Numbered from the stretch's first letter, positions 49,131 through 59,034 are shown. The stretch: DNA of 64,000 nt from an uncultured Eubacteriales bacterium (GCA_900545935.1 URAP01000007.1:4463-68462), one strand, 5' to 3'. Notes: generated from the letters alone by a model not told the origin. Program-made: numbers and translations.

Positions 49131-51947
49131 ATGAAAAAAATCAGAATAATCAGTCTTGCTCTTGCATTGCTTTCGGTGCTTTCGGCATCTGCTGTCTGCT
49201 CCTATGCGGCAGACAACGATACCGCGACAACGGGCGAAACAGAGGCAATAGACTATTTCAACCACGATTTTGCGACGCAGGAAGATAAGCTTGCGACAAT
49301 GAATCTCATGCTCGAGCTTTACGGCTATCAGCTGTATTTCGAGCCTACGACCGGAGAGGTCGCTTACCGCAACACCGAGACGGGCGCTATTACCTTTACA
49401 AACCCGTACAGCGTTGCAAAGAGCGGAGGCGGCGGAACCGCCGACGTAAAGAGTATGCTGCTCTCGCAGATAATACTCACCTATACCGAGAACGGCAAGA
49501 CCAGTACGATGTATTCCTACACCGAGGCTGCCGCTCGCGGTCAGATCAATGTAAAGTATGTAAAGAACGGTATTCGCGTTGAGTACGCTATGGGTCGTCT
49601 TGAGACCCGCCGCCTGCTTCCGCGCCTTATCGAAAAGTCGAAATTCGAGTCTATGATCCTTGTAAACTGCGTGGGTCAGCAGACCGGTGACGGTCAGGAT
49701 CTCGTTAAATATCTAAATGCATTCTACACGCTCGAGGATCCCGAGGGCAAGAGTCAGGCAGAGATCGACGAGATGAACGCAAGAGTTCCGATCACAAAGG
49801 ATATGGCTGTTTATCAGCTCCAGTCGGATACCTCAGAGCGTGAGATGAACATCATCGAGAGCTACATCAAGCTCTACTGCCCGGACTTTACCTATGAGGT
49901 GCTCGCAGAGTGCCACGATGAGGTACAGTATATCGGAACAGACAGCGATCCCGCACTTTTCCGTCTCTCGCTTGAGTACTACCTCGACGAGTACGGACTT
50001 CAGGTCAGACTTCCCGCAAACGGTATCCGTTTCAACGAGAGCACGTTCTCGCTTGACTCGATAAAGATACTTCCGTATTTCGGTGCCGCTTCTCAGGACT
50101 ATGACGGCTACACCCTCTTCCCGGACGGAAGCGGAACGCTGATACGCTTTGAGGATCTTGATTCCTCACTTACCATGAGCGGTAAGCTCTACGGCGAGGA
50201 CTATGCATATCAGGATGCGGCCTTTACCTATTCGCAGACTGTGCGCATGCCTGTATACGGACTTGTCTCCAACTATTACAGTGAAGAGACCAAGACCGAG
50301 ATCATTGACGGAAATGTTGAGTTCAACATCGTCCGCACCGATACCGACCGCGGCTTTCTTGCGATAGTTGAGGAGGGCGAGTCGCTTGCTTCCATTACGA
50401 GCGAGCACGGCGCAAACTCCATTCATAAGTTCAACTCCGCATATACTACGTTTTCACCCCGCCCTAAGGACACATACAACCTTGCCGATGCGATATCGGT
50501 AAGTTCGGATACGACATGGACGGTCGTGTCAAAGCGTAAGTATACCGGCTCTTATACGATCCGCGTCATTCAGCTCAACGATGCCAAGGATGAGGCGAAT
50601 TGCAAGACTACAAAGTTCTATGAGAGCAGCTATGTCGGAATGGCTAAGGCATACAGAGAATATCTCGAAGCTACCGGCAAGATCTCCCGCCTGACGGAAA
50701 AGGGCGATATCCCGCTCTATGTTTCGTCTTTCGGTGAAATTGATACCTATACAGCTATTCTTTCGTTCATTAAAAAGATTCCGAAATCCCTTACAAATAC
50801 CGATCAGATCAAGGAGATGTACGATTATTTCGCCGAAAACGGAATAACTAATGTCAACTTCCGTCTTGTCGGCTTCGGAAAAGGCGGACTTATCCGTCTT
50901 GCTGTTCCGTATCATGCGGACTTTGAAAAGGTCTGCGGCGGTAAGGACGGCTACCGTGATCTGCTCGATTATGCGGCAGAGAAGGGCTTCGGCGTATATC
51001 CCGAGTATGACTTCACTTATCTGTACGACTACTCTGCATTCAACGGCTATTCCGCAAAGCGTGATACCGTCAAATGTATAGACGGCCGTTATGCGACCAA
51101 GGCTCTGCTTTCCTCTATGGACCAGGGTATGGTAATCGGTCACTTCGACTGTATCTCCGCTTCCGCATTCGGACGTATGTTCAAGTCCTTTGATAAGGAT
51201 ATGACCGACATACTTGACGGACGCAGCACCGGAATCTCGGTCTCCACTCTCGGTACCGACCTCAACTCCGACTTTGATACCGATGAGCCTTACAACCGTG
51301 AGGATTCTAAGGCATTTACTCAGGAGCTGCTTCAGAATCTCAGCGATAAGTACCCGGTAATGATCGACGGCGGCAATTCATATGCGATCCCCTATGCTTC
51401 GCATATCCTCAGCGCTCCGATCGACTCCAGCCACTATACGAGAGCGAGCGAGACTGTCCCGTTCTTCGGAATGGTATATCACGGCTATGTGAATTATGCC
51501 GGCTCGCCTACCAACATGTCGGGCGACACGAACTACGAGAAGCTCAAGATGATAGAGAGCGGCGCATCTCCTTATTTCATGCTCTCCTATGAAAACACCT
51601 CGCTGCTTAAGGACTATTACCGCTATCTTAAGTATTATTCCGTTAACTATGAGAACTGGCGTGAGGATGCGGTCTCCATCTACAACGAGATCAACGCGCT
51701 CCTCGGCGGAAATGTTTCCACAGCGGTAATTTCCGACCATCAGTTTGTAAACGGCAGACGTGTTGCAACGGCGGATGAGATAGCCGACGGTGCAAACGAG
51801 AACTCGGATGAGTTTAAGGTAGAGGACGGCAGCATAGTCAAGGTAAGCTATGACTGCGGCGTCACCTACATGCTCAACTACAATTACTTTGACGTCGTGG
51901 CAGACGGTGTGACCGTTCCCGCGATGGGCTATGTAACTATTAAGTGA
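49131..51947 (+). CDS. large secreted protein of unknown function (recalls the DUF5696 proteins found in similar loci)
   Basis: Signal peptide, 938 aa, and no motif I can assign. The family name is recollection only. Confidence 0.4.
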   Translation: MKKIRIISLALALLSVLSASAVCSYAADNDTATTGETEAIDYFNHDFATQEDKLATMNLMLELYGYQLYFEPTTGEVAYRNTETGAITFTNPYSVAKSGGGGTADVKSMLLSQIILTYTENGKTSTMYSYTEAAARGQINVKYVKNGIRVEYAMGRLETRRLLPRLIEKSKFESMILVNCVGQQTGDGQDLVKYLNAFYTLEDPEGKSQAEIDEMNARVPITKDMAVYQLQSDTSEREMNIIESYIKLYCPDFTYEVLAECHDEVQYIGTDSDPALFRLSLEYYLDEYGLQVRLPANGIRFNESTFSLDSIKILPYFGAASQDYDGYTLFPDGSGTLIRFEDLDSSLTMSGKLYGEDYAYQDAAFTYSQTVRMPVYGLVSNYYSEETKTEIIDGNVEFNIVRTDTDRGFLAIVEEGESLASITSEHGANSIHKFNSAYTTFSPRPKDTYNLADAISVSSDTTWTVVSKRKYTGSYTIRVIQLNDAKDEANCKTTKFYESSYVGMAKAYREYLEATGKISRLTEKGDIPLYVSSFGEIDTYTAILSFIKKIPKSLTNTDQIKEMYDYFAENGITNVNFRLVGFGKGGLIRLAVPYHADFEKVCGGKDGYRDLLDYAAEKGFGVYPEYDFTYLYDYSAFNGYSAKRDTVKCIDGRYATKALLSSMDQGMVIGHFDCISASAFGRMFKSFDKDMTDILDGRSTGISVSTLGTDLNSDFDTDEPYNREDSKAFTQELLQNLSDKYPVMIDGGNSYAIPYASHILSAPIDSSHYTRASETVPFFGMVYHGYVNYAGSPTNMSGDTNYEKLKMIESGASPYFMLSYENTSLLKDYYRYLKYYSVNYENWREDAVSIYNEINALLGGNVSTAVISDHQFVNGRRVATADEIADGANENSDEFKVEDGSIVKVSYDCGVTYMLNYNYFDVVADGVTVPAMGYVTIK

Positions 51948-51963
51948 AAGGAAGGGTGAATTA

Positions 51964-52941
51964 ATGGCTACTAAGACCAAGCGTAAGCCTGCTTCGCGCA
52001 GACCTGCATCACTTGATAAAAGAAAAGCTAAATCCGGATGGCTGTTTGTTGCGCCTTTCGTGATCGGCTTTATAGTGATCTACCTTCCGATCATTATCAA
52101 CTCTATAATTTACAGCTTCAGTGAATTTGAGACTATTGCAGCGATCGACGGCGGAGGATATATTCTTCACAATGTCGGTTTTGATAACTACAAGAATGCG
52201 CTGTTTGTCGATACCGAGTTCGTCAAGGTCTTGACGACCGGTATCCGCCAGCTGCTCCTTGAGGTTCCCGCGATAGTAATCTTCAGCCTTTTCCTTGCCG
52301 TCATTCTTAACGAAAAGATGGTGGGAAGAGCTGCATTCCGTGCGATACTCTTCGTCCCCGTTATTCTTCAGACCGGTCTTATTGCCGAGATCGATGCTGC
52401 CAACACGCTCCTTGCGAGTATGAACGACACGTCGAGCGGTATCACGACCGGAGGAGGCGGCGCGGCTGAGGAGGCTGTCACCGGAGTCTTGTCTACCGAC
52501 GACCTGAGCTGGCTGTTCGCAAATCTCTCTGTCGGCTCGGACATGATAACCTATGTAACACAGCTGATAAACAACATATACGACATCATCAACCGCTCCG
52601 GCGTTCAGATGCTTATATTCCTTGCCGGACTCCAGTCCATCTCTCCCGCTATCTACGAGTCTTGTGAGATAGACGGTGCTACTGCATGGGAGACCTTCTG
52701 GAAGATCACGGTCCCGATGATCTCGCCTATGATCCTTGTTAACGCCGTATACACGGTAATTGACGCATTCACCTCTTCCTCCAACGACGTTATGGCGTAT
52801 ATCAATACGGTCTACTCCAAGGCGGGCGGAAACGTTCTAAGTGCCGCAATGTCCTGGATGTACTTCCTGCTCGTCATCGCGTGCATAGGAATAGTAGTTG
52901 CGGTGCTCTCGGCATTCGTATTCTACCAGAGGCGCGATTAA
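51964..52941 (+). CDS. carbohydrate ABC transporter permease (second MalF-like)
   Basis: EAA loop ESCEIDGATAWETFWKITVPMI. Confidence 0.85.
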   Translation: MATKTKRKPASRRPASLDKRKAKSGWLFVAPFVIGFIVIYLPIIINSIIYSFSEFETIAAIDGGGYILHNVGFDNYKNALFVDTEFVKVLTTGIRQLLLEVPAIVIFSLFLAVILNEKMVGRAAFRAILFVPVILQTGLIAEIDAANTLLASMNDTSSGITTGGGGAAEEAVTGVLSTDDLSWLFANLSVGSDMITYVTQLINNIYDIINRSGVQMLIFLAGLQSISPAIYESCEIDGATAWETFWKITVPMISPMILVNAVYTVIDAFTSSSNDVMAYINTVYSKAGGNVLSAAMSWMYFLLVIACIGIVVAVLSAFVFYQRRD

Positions 52942-52953
52942 GGGGGTAAGCAG

Positions 52954-54045
52954 ATGAATCTCAGTTTTAAAAAGAAATCCGCGGCAGCTCAAGCATCCTC
53001 CCCGGAGGGGACCAAGGTGCTCCGCGAGTCGAAGAATCGCATTCGCGTTGACTTTGAACGTACGAGCAGATGGCAGCGCTTTAAGATCAAGTACCTCTCC
53101 GTTAGCTTTGTTATTGATGTGCTTTGGTACATCTTCCGTCTCGGACTGCTTATCGGCGTTTCCTACATTATTCTTCAGCCCTTCTTCTCGAAGATAATGT
53201 CCTCTTTCATGAGCCCCAACGATTTTGTCGATGTAACGGTCAAGCTCATCCCGCGTTATCCCACCCTTGATACCTATCGCGGTATCCTGCGTGATAACGG
53301 TTACTGGACGGCTCTGTTTAATACCACAACGCTCTCGCTTGCCTGCGCTATCATTCAGACATTTATATGCTGCCTGATCGGCTACGGCTTTGCTAAGTTT
53401 AAGTTCAAAGGCAACAAGCTGCTGTTTGCGCTCGTCATCTTTACGATGATCGTTCCGCATAATACCGTTAAGTTCGCAATGCTCATCAAGTTCAAGTATT
53501 TTGATATTCTCGGAATATTTAATTTCCTTGGCGGAGGAGTGTTCAAATGGCTTAAGATATTCAGCTTCGACTCTATCGACCTTACAAATACCTACTGGCC
53601 GCTTATCCTACTCTCGCTCGGCGGACTTGCCTTTAAGAACGGACTGTATATCTACATGATGCGTCAGTTCTTCCGCGGCGTGCCCGATGAGCTTGAGGAG
53701 TCTGCTTACATCGACGGCTCGGGAACATTCGGAACCTTTATGCGGATAATTCTTCCGCTCTCGATTCCGATGATGATCACGATCTTCCTGTTCTCGTTCT
53801 CGTGGCAGTGGACGGATAACTTCTACACGAATCTGTTCTTTACCTCGTCCGGCCCGACGCTTATGCCTGATATCGTTGCGATACCGAAATCGCTCTTTAT
53901 CAAGGACTTTGCAGCGGCTACCGCATATGAGGCAGCGATCAGAAATACCTGCGGACTGCTCATTATCGCTCCGCTCGTAATCATCTACGTGTTCTGCCAG
54001 AGGTACCTCGTTCAGGGTATCGAGCGCTCCGGTATCGTCGGCTGA
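52954..54045 (+). CDS. carbohydrate ABC transporter permease (second MalG-like)
   Basis: EAA loop ESAYIDGSGTFGTFMRIILPL. Confidence 0.85.
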   Translation: MNLSFKKKSAAAQASSPEGTKVLRESKNRIRVDFERTSRWQRFKIKYLSVSFVIDVLWYIFRLGLLIGVSYIILQPFFSKIMSSFMSPNDFVDVTVKLIPRYPTLDTYRGILRDNGYWTALFNTTTLSLACAIIQTFICCLIGYGFAKFKFKGNKLLFALVIFTMIVPHNTVKFAMLIKFKYFDILGIFNFLGGGVFKWLKIFSFDSIDLTNTYWPLILLSLGGLAFKNGLYIYMMRQFFRGVPDELEESAYIDGSGTFGTFMRIILPLSIPMMITIFLFSFSWQWTDNFYTNLFFTSSGPTLMPDIVAIPKSLFIKDFAAATAYEAAIRNTCGLLIIAPLVIIYVFCQRYLVQGIERSGIVG

Positions 54046-54123
54046 TACGGCATTATACAGCTGCGGCAACATCGCTGCTGTCCGTCGATCTTCGCCGAAA
54101 TATCGGGTAATAAAATCCACCTT

Positions 54124-54164
54124 ACCGCCTGCGGCGCTTCTGCGCCCGGGCGGTTTACCTTTTC
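54124..54164 (+). terminator. GC-rich hairpin with a T-rich tail after the ABC locus
   Basis: ACCGCCTGCGGCGC-ttct-GCGCCCGGGCGGT followed by TTTACCTTTT. Confidence 0.5.
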
Positions 54165-54377
54165 CGTACGTTTCGCTGAATTGCTTTGTATACGCACTCC
54201 GCGTTGACTGTCATTGGTGATTTTCGCTTCTGCTTTGATGCTCTGCCTTGATCGGTGCTCCGCCTGCACGGCGGTTTTATGGCATTGCGTACGGGCGTTT
54301 CGATCATGCTGCTGCTTGCATATCCCGGGCAGCTATCCGGCGTTTTCGCGTTTATGCGCATAAAATCATAAAAAGGG

Positions 54378-54406
54378 TTGAAATATCGACGGAAATAGTG
54401 TATAAT
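54378..54406 (+). promoter_or_regulatory. sigma-A type promoter of upp
   Basis: TTGAAA, 17 nt spacer, TATAAT. Confidence 0.6.
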
Positions 54407-54470
54407 TTTCTTTGAAAAAAGCCGCCGCAGACGACGGAAAATATATTCAAGACCGAAAGGAATTATTATA

Positions 54471-55100
54471 ATGGGAAAGTTACACGTAGTTGACCATCCT
54501 CTTATCCAGCACAAGCTGACTATCATGAGAATGACCGAGACCGGAGGAAAGGACTTCCGTCAGCTCCTCAACGAGATCACAGAGCTGATGGGCTACGAGC
54601 TCACCCGCGATCTTCCGCTCGACGATGTTCGGATAAATACCCCCGTTGCCCCTATGACGGGTAAGGCTATAATGGGTAAGAAGCTCGCTATCGTTCCGAT
54701 ACTTCGCGCCGGGCTCGGCATGGTCGATGGGCTGCTTAACCTTATCCCCGTTGCCAAGGTCGGACACATCGGACTCTATCGCGACCCAGAGACGCACGAG
54801 CCGGTAGAGTACTACTGCAAGCTGCCGGCAGACATCGACGGCAGACTTGTGATAGTTGTTGACCCGATGCTTGCTACCGGCGGCAGCGCTGCCGATGCCA
54901 TTACGCTTATCAAGAAGCGCGGCGCGACCAACATCCGTCTGCTCAACCTTGTTGCCGCTCCCGAGGGCGTTGCAAAAGTACAGAGCGAGCATCCCGATGT
55001 TGACATCTACTGTGCGGCACTTGATGAGCGCCTGAACGAGCATGCATATATCATCCCCGGTCTCGGAGATGCCGGCGACCGCCTCTTCGGCACTAAGTGA
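54471..55100 (+). CDS. upp: uracil phosphoribosyltransferase
   Basis: [25 protein letters not shown] and [16 protein letters not shown]. Confidence 0.95.
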   Translation: MGKLHVVDHPLIQHKLTIMRMTETGGKDFRQLLNEITELMGYELTRDLPLDDVRINTPVAPMTGKAIMGKKLAIVPILRAGLGMVDGLLNLIPVAKVGHIGLYRDPETHEPVEYYCKLPADIDGRLVIVVDPMLATGGSAADAITLIKKRGATNIRLLNLVAAPEGVAKVQSEHPDVDIYCAALDERLNEHAYIIPGLGDAGDRLFGTK

Positions 55101-55174
55101 TCGGTACATAGTTCGATCGAATTATGCATCGCTCCGGAGAAATGTAAATTTAATATTAACGCATACCACACCGA

Positions 55175-55203
55175 TTGACAAAAGACGATCGGTGTGGTAT
55201 CAT
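55175..55203 (+). promoter_or_regulatory. sigma-A type promoter of rpsF-ssb-rpsR
   Basis: TTGACA, 17 nt spacer, TATCAT. A 13-bp inverted repeat (55163-55200) straddles it. Confidence 0.55.
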
Positions 55204-55305
55204 GTTATAGTTGAAAACAGAGTTTTCTCCTTGCCGCTCCGAATACGAGCATAGGCTTGTAAAAAACAGTTCGGTGCGGTCTTACGTCCATAGGGAGGTG
55301 TATTT

Positions 55306-55752
55306 ATGGAAAGACAGTTTTCGTCTTACGAAGCACTTTTCGTTGTTGATCTTGATATCGGTGACGAGAGTGTAAAAGCCATTATTGAAAAGTTTAAGGG
55401 AATGATCGAGCAGAGTGGTAAGATCGTTCGCATCGATGACTGGGGCAAGCGCAGACTCGCTTATCCTATCAACGACAAGAACGACGGATACTATTCTCTT
55501 ATCACCTTTGATGCTCCGGCAGATCTTCCTGCCGAGATCAATCGTGTTGCAAAAATCACCGAGGGTGTTATGCGCGCAATGGTGCTCAAGGCAGTAGCTC
55601 CTACCGCTAAGGCTCCCGCAGCTATCGCTCCCGCATCTGATGAGGCTGCACCCGCTGCTCCCGCAGCAGAGGTTGAGGCTCCTGCCGCTGAGGTAGCTGA
55701 GGCTCCCGCAGCAGAGGCAGCTGAGGCTCCCGCAGCAGAGGCAGCTGAGTAA
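55306..55752 (+). CDS. rpsF: 30S ribosomal protein S6 with an Ala/Pro/Glu-rich C-terminal extension
   Basis: YEALFVV...DWGKRRLAYPI. Located upstream of ssb and rpsR. Confidence 0.9.
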   Translation: MERQFSSYEALFVVDLDIGDESVKAIIEKFKGMIEQSGKIVRIDDWGKRRLAYPINDKNDGYYSLITFDAPADLPAEINRVAKITEGVMRAMVLKAVAPTAKAPAAIAPASDEAAPAAPAAEVEAPAAEVAEAPAAEAAEAPAAEAAE

Positions 55753-55817
55753 TCTTGCCCGCGTCGGCTACAGCCGCCGCGCGCTGATCTTTTGACATAG
55801 AAAGGTTGGTTTAAATT

Positions 55818-56285
55818 ATGGCAAGTCTTAACAAGATAATGCTCATAGGCAGACTTACCGCAGACCCCGAGCTCAAGCAGACTCAGTCGGGTATTCCGGT
55901 AGTCACCTTTTCCATCGCGGTCAACCGTAGATTTACAAAGCAGGGTGAGCAGCCTCAGGCTGACTTTATCCGCATAACCGCATGGAGACAGCAGGCAGAG
56001 TTCGTTTCGAGATACTTTAACAAGGGTAAGTCAATATTCGTTCTCGGAGCGCTCCAGAACAGAAACTGGACCGACCAGAACGGACAGAAGCACTACGACT
56101 TTGAGGTCGTAGCAGACGAGGTTTCCTTCGTCGAGAGCAAGAGCGGAGAGGACGGCGGTGCAGCTAACCGCAACTTCCAGACTCCGAGCGAGGCTCCGAC
56201 CTCCGGTGCGGTCTATTCGCCCGCAGCGCAGGAATCTCCCGCTCCCTTCGAGGATCTCGGCAGCGACGACGACCTGCCGTTCTGA
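55818..56285 (+). CDS. ssb: single-stranded DNA-binding protein
   Basis: MASLNKIMLIGRLTADPELK, an OB fold, and the acidic tail DDDLPF. Confidence 0.95.
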   Translation: MASLNKIMLIGRLTADPELKQTQSGIPVVTFSIAVNRRFTKQGEQPQADFIRITAWRQQAEFVSRYFNKGKSIFVLGALQNRNWTDQNGQKHYDFEVVADEVSFVESKSGEDGGAANRNFQTPSEAPTSGAVYSPAAQESPAPFEDLGSDDDLPF

Positions 56286-56365
56286 TTATACTGCGGCATA
56301 TTCCGCAGGAAATCAATTAATATTAAATTATTCGGCGGCACAGCCGCATATAGGAGGTTTTCGTT

Positions 56366-56626
56366 ATGGAAAACGAGAGAGAAAACGTTCAGCCCAGACC
56401 TGCGCGCCCCGTTGCTCGCAGACATAAGAAGGTATGCCAGTTCTGCGCTGACAAGATCGCAGAGATCGACTATAAGGATACCGCAAGACTCCGTAAGTGC
56501 ATCAGCGAGCGCGCTAAGATTCTGCCTCGCCGTGTGACCGGAACCTGCGCTAAGCATCAGCGTCAGGTCGCAGTTGCCGTTAAGCGTGCACGTCAGGCAG
56601 CTCTTCTTCCTTACGTCAGCGACTGA
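56366..56626 (+). CDS. rpsR: 30S ribosomal protein S18
   Basis: [18 protein letters not shown]...[25 protein letters not shown]. Confidence 0.95.
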   Translation: MENERENVQPRPARPVARRHKKVCQFCADKIAEIDYKDTARLRKCISERAKILPRRVTGTCAKHQRQVAVAVKRARQAALLPYVSD

Positions 56627-56650
56627 TTACAGTTATTTGCATATGACAGA

Positions 56651-56696
56651 GATCCCGATTTTCCGCCGCAGGGCAGAGAATCGGGATCTTTTTTTC
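56651..56696 (+). terminator. intrinsic terminator after rpsR
   Basis: GATCCCGATT-(18 nt)-AATCGGGATC followed by T8. Confidence 0.8.
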
Positions 56697-56978
56697 TTTA
56701 AATCATGTCCGCAATATCCGCGCAGTGCGACATGAGTACTGTTAGTTCAAGCGTTCTATCTTTACATAGTATACTCTATCTTCGTATTGTATGGCTATAA
56801 GCTGTATACAGCGGCACATAAGAAGAGGGCAGAGCGGCTTTCGTCTGCTCTGCCCATAAAAAATGTTCACTTGAATGCGGTCGTATTTTTGCCCGAGCGC
56901 GGGGCTGTATTGCAGCGCTGTAGCATCAATGCTCACATGACATGAAAGCCTGCGCCGGTCGCTGTCGATCTCCGCTGC

Positions 56979-58316
56979 TCAGTCCTCCGATTCGGAGTCC
57001 TCACTTTCGCTCGGCAGCTCCTTTACGCAGACATTTATCTCCTGCGCCATAAGGTCGTCTGCCTTGGTGACGGTTATCTCGAGGTTCTGATAATCGAATT
57101 TATAACCCTGCTCGGGGATACTGCCTATCTGCTCGATTATCCAACCGTTGACTGTCGTCGCCTCGGGCTCTTCGGCGGCTTCGAGATCGAAGAAATCAAA
57201 GAAATCCTCGATATTCGCCGTGCATAGAACGCGGTAGCTGCCGTCGTCGAGCTTAACGAATTCCTTTATCTCCTCGTCGCGCTCGTCCCATATCTCCCCG
57301 ACGATCTCCTCGAGGATATCCTCCATTGTCACGATACCCGCCGTTTCACCGTACTCGTTTACGACAATAACGATGTGATTGTGCTCCTTCTGCATGTCCT
57401 TGAAAAGAACATCGAGGTGCGCGGTCTCGGGGACAAAGGTCGGCTGAAACATTGCATCCGCGAGTTTAAAGTCCTCGCGCGTATGGCGCAGCAGAAAGTC
57501 GCGTGTATGCAGTATTCCTACGATATTATCAGTCGTATCGGCATATACGGGAATTCGCGAATAGCCCTCTGTCTCGATTATCTCGAGTATCTCCTCATCG
57601 GTCGCCTCCTGCGGGATAAGCACGAGCGCACGGCGGGGAGTCATAACGTCCTCGGCGGTCATACCGTCGAGCTTAAACACATTTTTAATATATTCAATAT
57701 CATTCTGATTCAGGCTTCCCTCATCGGCACCTGCATCGAGCATGAGGACAATGTCCTCCTCGGAGACCGGCTCTTCCTTTTCGTGCGGGTCGATTCCGAA
57801 CAGACGGAGAACTCCGTTTGTCGAGACGGTGAGCAGCCATATGATGGGGCGGAGAACTACTGCCAGACCGGAAATAGTACCGCACACATGCTCCGCGAGC
57901 TTTTCCTTGTGCTTCATGGCGATGCGCTTGGGTACAAGCTCGCCGAGCACGAGGGTAAAGAAAGAGAGAATGAGCGTTATCACGATAACGGCTGCGGTAT
58001 TTATTATACCGACACGGCTCTCGGGGATATTAAAGGCGCGGACGGCAAAGCTCGACAGCCTCTCTGCGAAGTTGTCGGCAGCGAATGCCGAGCCGAGAAA
58101 GCCGGCAAGGGTGATGCCTATCTGAATAGTCGAGAGAAAGCGCGTCGGCTCCTCGATCATTTTCAGCATCTTTTTCGCCTTTTTGTCGCCGTCGTCGGCG
58201 CGTGCCTTGACCTTTTTCTCGTTCAGTGATATCACCGCGATCTCGGTCGCGGCGAAGAAAGCATTCAACAGAATAAGTATTAGCTGTAATAATAGTTGTC
58301 CGGCAATGTCAGACAT
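56979..58316 (-). CDS. CNNM/CorC-family transporter (DUF21 TM domain, CBS pair, CorC_HlyC domain; 'hemolysin family protein')
   Basis: N-terminal four-TM DUF21 (LLQLILILLNAFFAATEIAV), a CBS pair (MTPRRALV..., ETEGYSRIPVY) and CorC_HlyC (TVNGWIIEQIGSIPEQG). Confidence 0.85.
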   Translation of the reverse strand: MSDIAGQLLLQLILILLNAFFAATEIAVISLNEKKVKARADDGDKKAKKMLKMIEEPTRFLSTIQIGITLAGFLGSAFAADNFAERLSSFAVRAFNIPESRVGIINTAAVIVITLILSFFTLVLGELVPKRIAMKHKEKLAEHVCGTISGLAVVLRPIIWLLTVSTNGVLRLFGIDPHEKEEPVSEEDIVLMLDAGADEGSLNQNDIEYIKNVFKLDGMTAEDVMTPRRALVLIPQEATDEEILEIIETEGYSRIPVYADTTDNIVGILHTRDFLLRHTREDFKLADAMFQPTFVPETAHLDVLFKDMQKEHNHIVIVVNEYGETAGIVTMEDILEEIVGEIWDERDEEIKEFVKLDDGSYRVLCTANIEDFFDFFDLEAAEEPEATTVNGWIIEQIGSIPEQGYKFDYQNLEITVTKADDLMAQEINVCVKELPSESEDSESED

Positions 58317-58528
58317 TTTTATGTAACCTCCAAAATATTATACGGTGAAATTCGTTAACTTGCTGCAGCGCGGCTCAGCATCTGTCGGGGGGACGGATGT
58401 CGGCGCTGCCAGCAGCGACGCACACGTAGAATTTCGGCGGTGTACATCTGTCGGCATTTATGCCGCAACTTCGGGGAAGCGGATCCATTAGGTCTACCAA
58501 CTCCTTTTATATATAAATATCTAATTAT

Positions 58529-58557
58529 ATTCTACCACAAAAAACGCAAAAAGTCAA
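58529..58557 (-). promoter_or_regulatory. sigma-A type promoter about 210 nt upstream of the CNNM gene
   Basis: Minus strand: TTGACT, 17 nt spacer, TGg-TAGAAT. Confidence 0.55.
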
Positions 58558-58637
58558 TTACATATGCGCATTTTTATGGCAAGCCCGATCCGAATTATGA
58601 TTTTAATGGTAATACTCATACTTCGGCATTTTTTCTA

Positions 58638-58666
58638 TTTACAAATCAATCTGCGCATGATACAAT
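58638..58666 (+). promoter_or_regulatory. sigma-A type promoter of the dockerin mini-gene
   Basis: TTTACA, 17 nt spacer, TGa-TACAAT. Confidence 0.55.
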
Positions 58667-58719
58667 ATAGTTGTCGAAAAATCGATATGAAATTGCCGTA
58701 TGTCGACCGAAAGGAATAA

Positions 58720-59034
58720 ATGATGAACAGAATACTTCACCGCATATCCCCGCGTCTGATAGCGCTGCTCTCGGCGCTGATAATGCTGCTGTCCGTGCTG
58801 CCTGCCTATGCTGCCGGGTCGGATATAGACGGCGATATCGACGGTGATGGTGTTGCTATACCGAAGGTCGGTGATATCAACGCTGACGGCTCTGTCGATG
58901 TCAAGGATCTTGTAAGGCTTATGAAGTATATTTCCGGTGCCGATGTGACGATATGCGGCTCCGATGTGAACGGCGACGGCATGACCGATACGTGCGACCT
59001 TGTTCGTCTTATGAGGATAATTGCGGCTGCGTGA
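58720..59034 (+). CDS. secreted dockerin-only mini-protein
   Basis: Signal peptide (LLSVLPAYAAG), then only a two-repeat dockerin (GDINADGSVDVKDLVRLMKYISG...SDVNGDGMTDTCDLVRLMRIIA). Confidence 0.8.
   Translation: MMNRILHRISPRLIALLSALIMLLSVLPAYAAGSDIDGDIDGDGVAIPKVGDINADGSVDVKDLVRLMKYISGADVTICGSDVNGDGMTDTCDLVRLMRIIAAA

Noticed and set aside
54165-54370. About 200 bp of GC-rich non-coding DNA after the ABC locus (possible pseudogene or sRNA)
   Set aside because: There is no open frame with recognisable similarity, and only short terminator-like hairpins (for example CCGCC-tgcac-GGCGG plus T4 at 54260-54278). I cannot support a feature from sequence alone.
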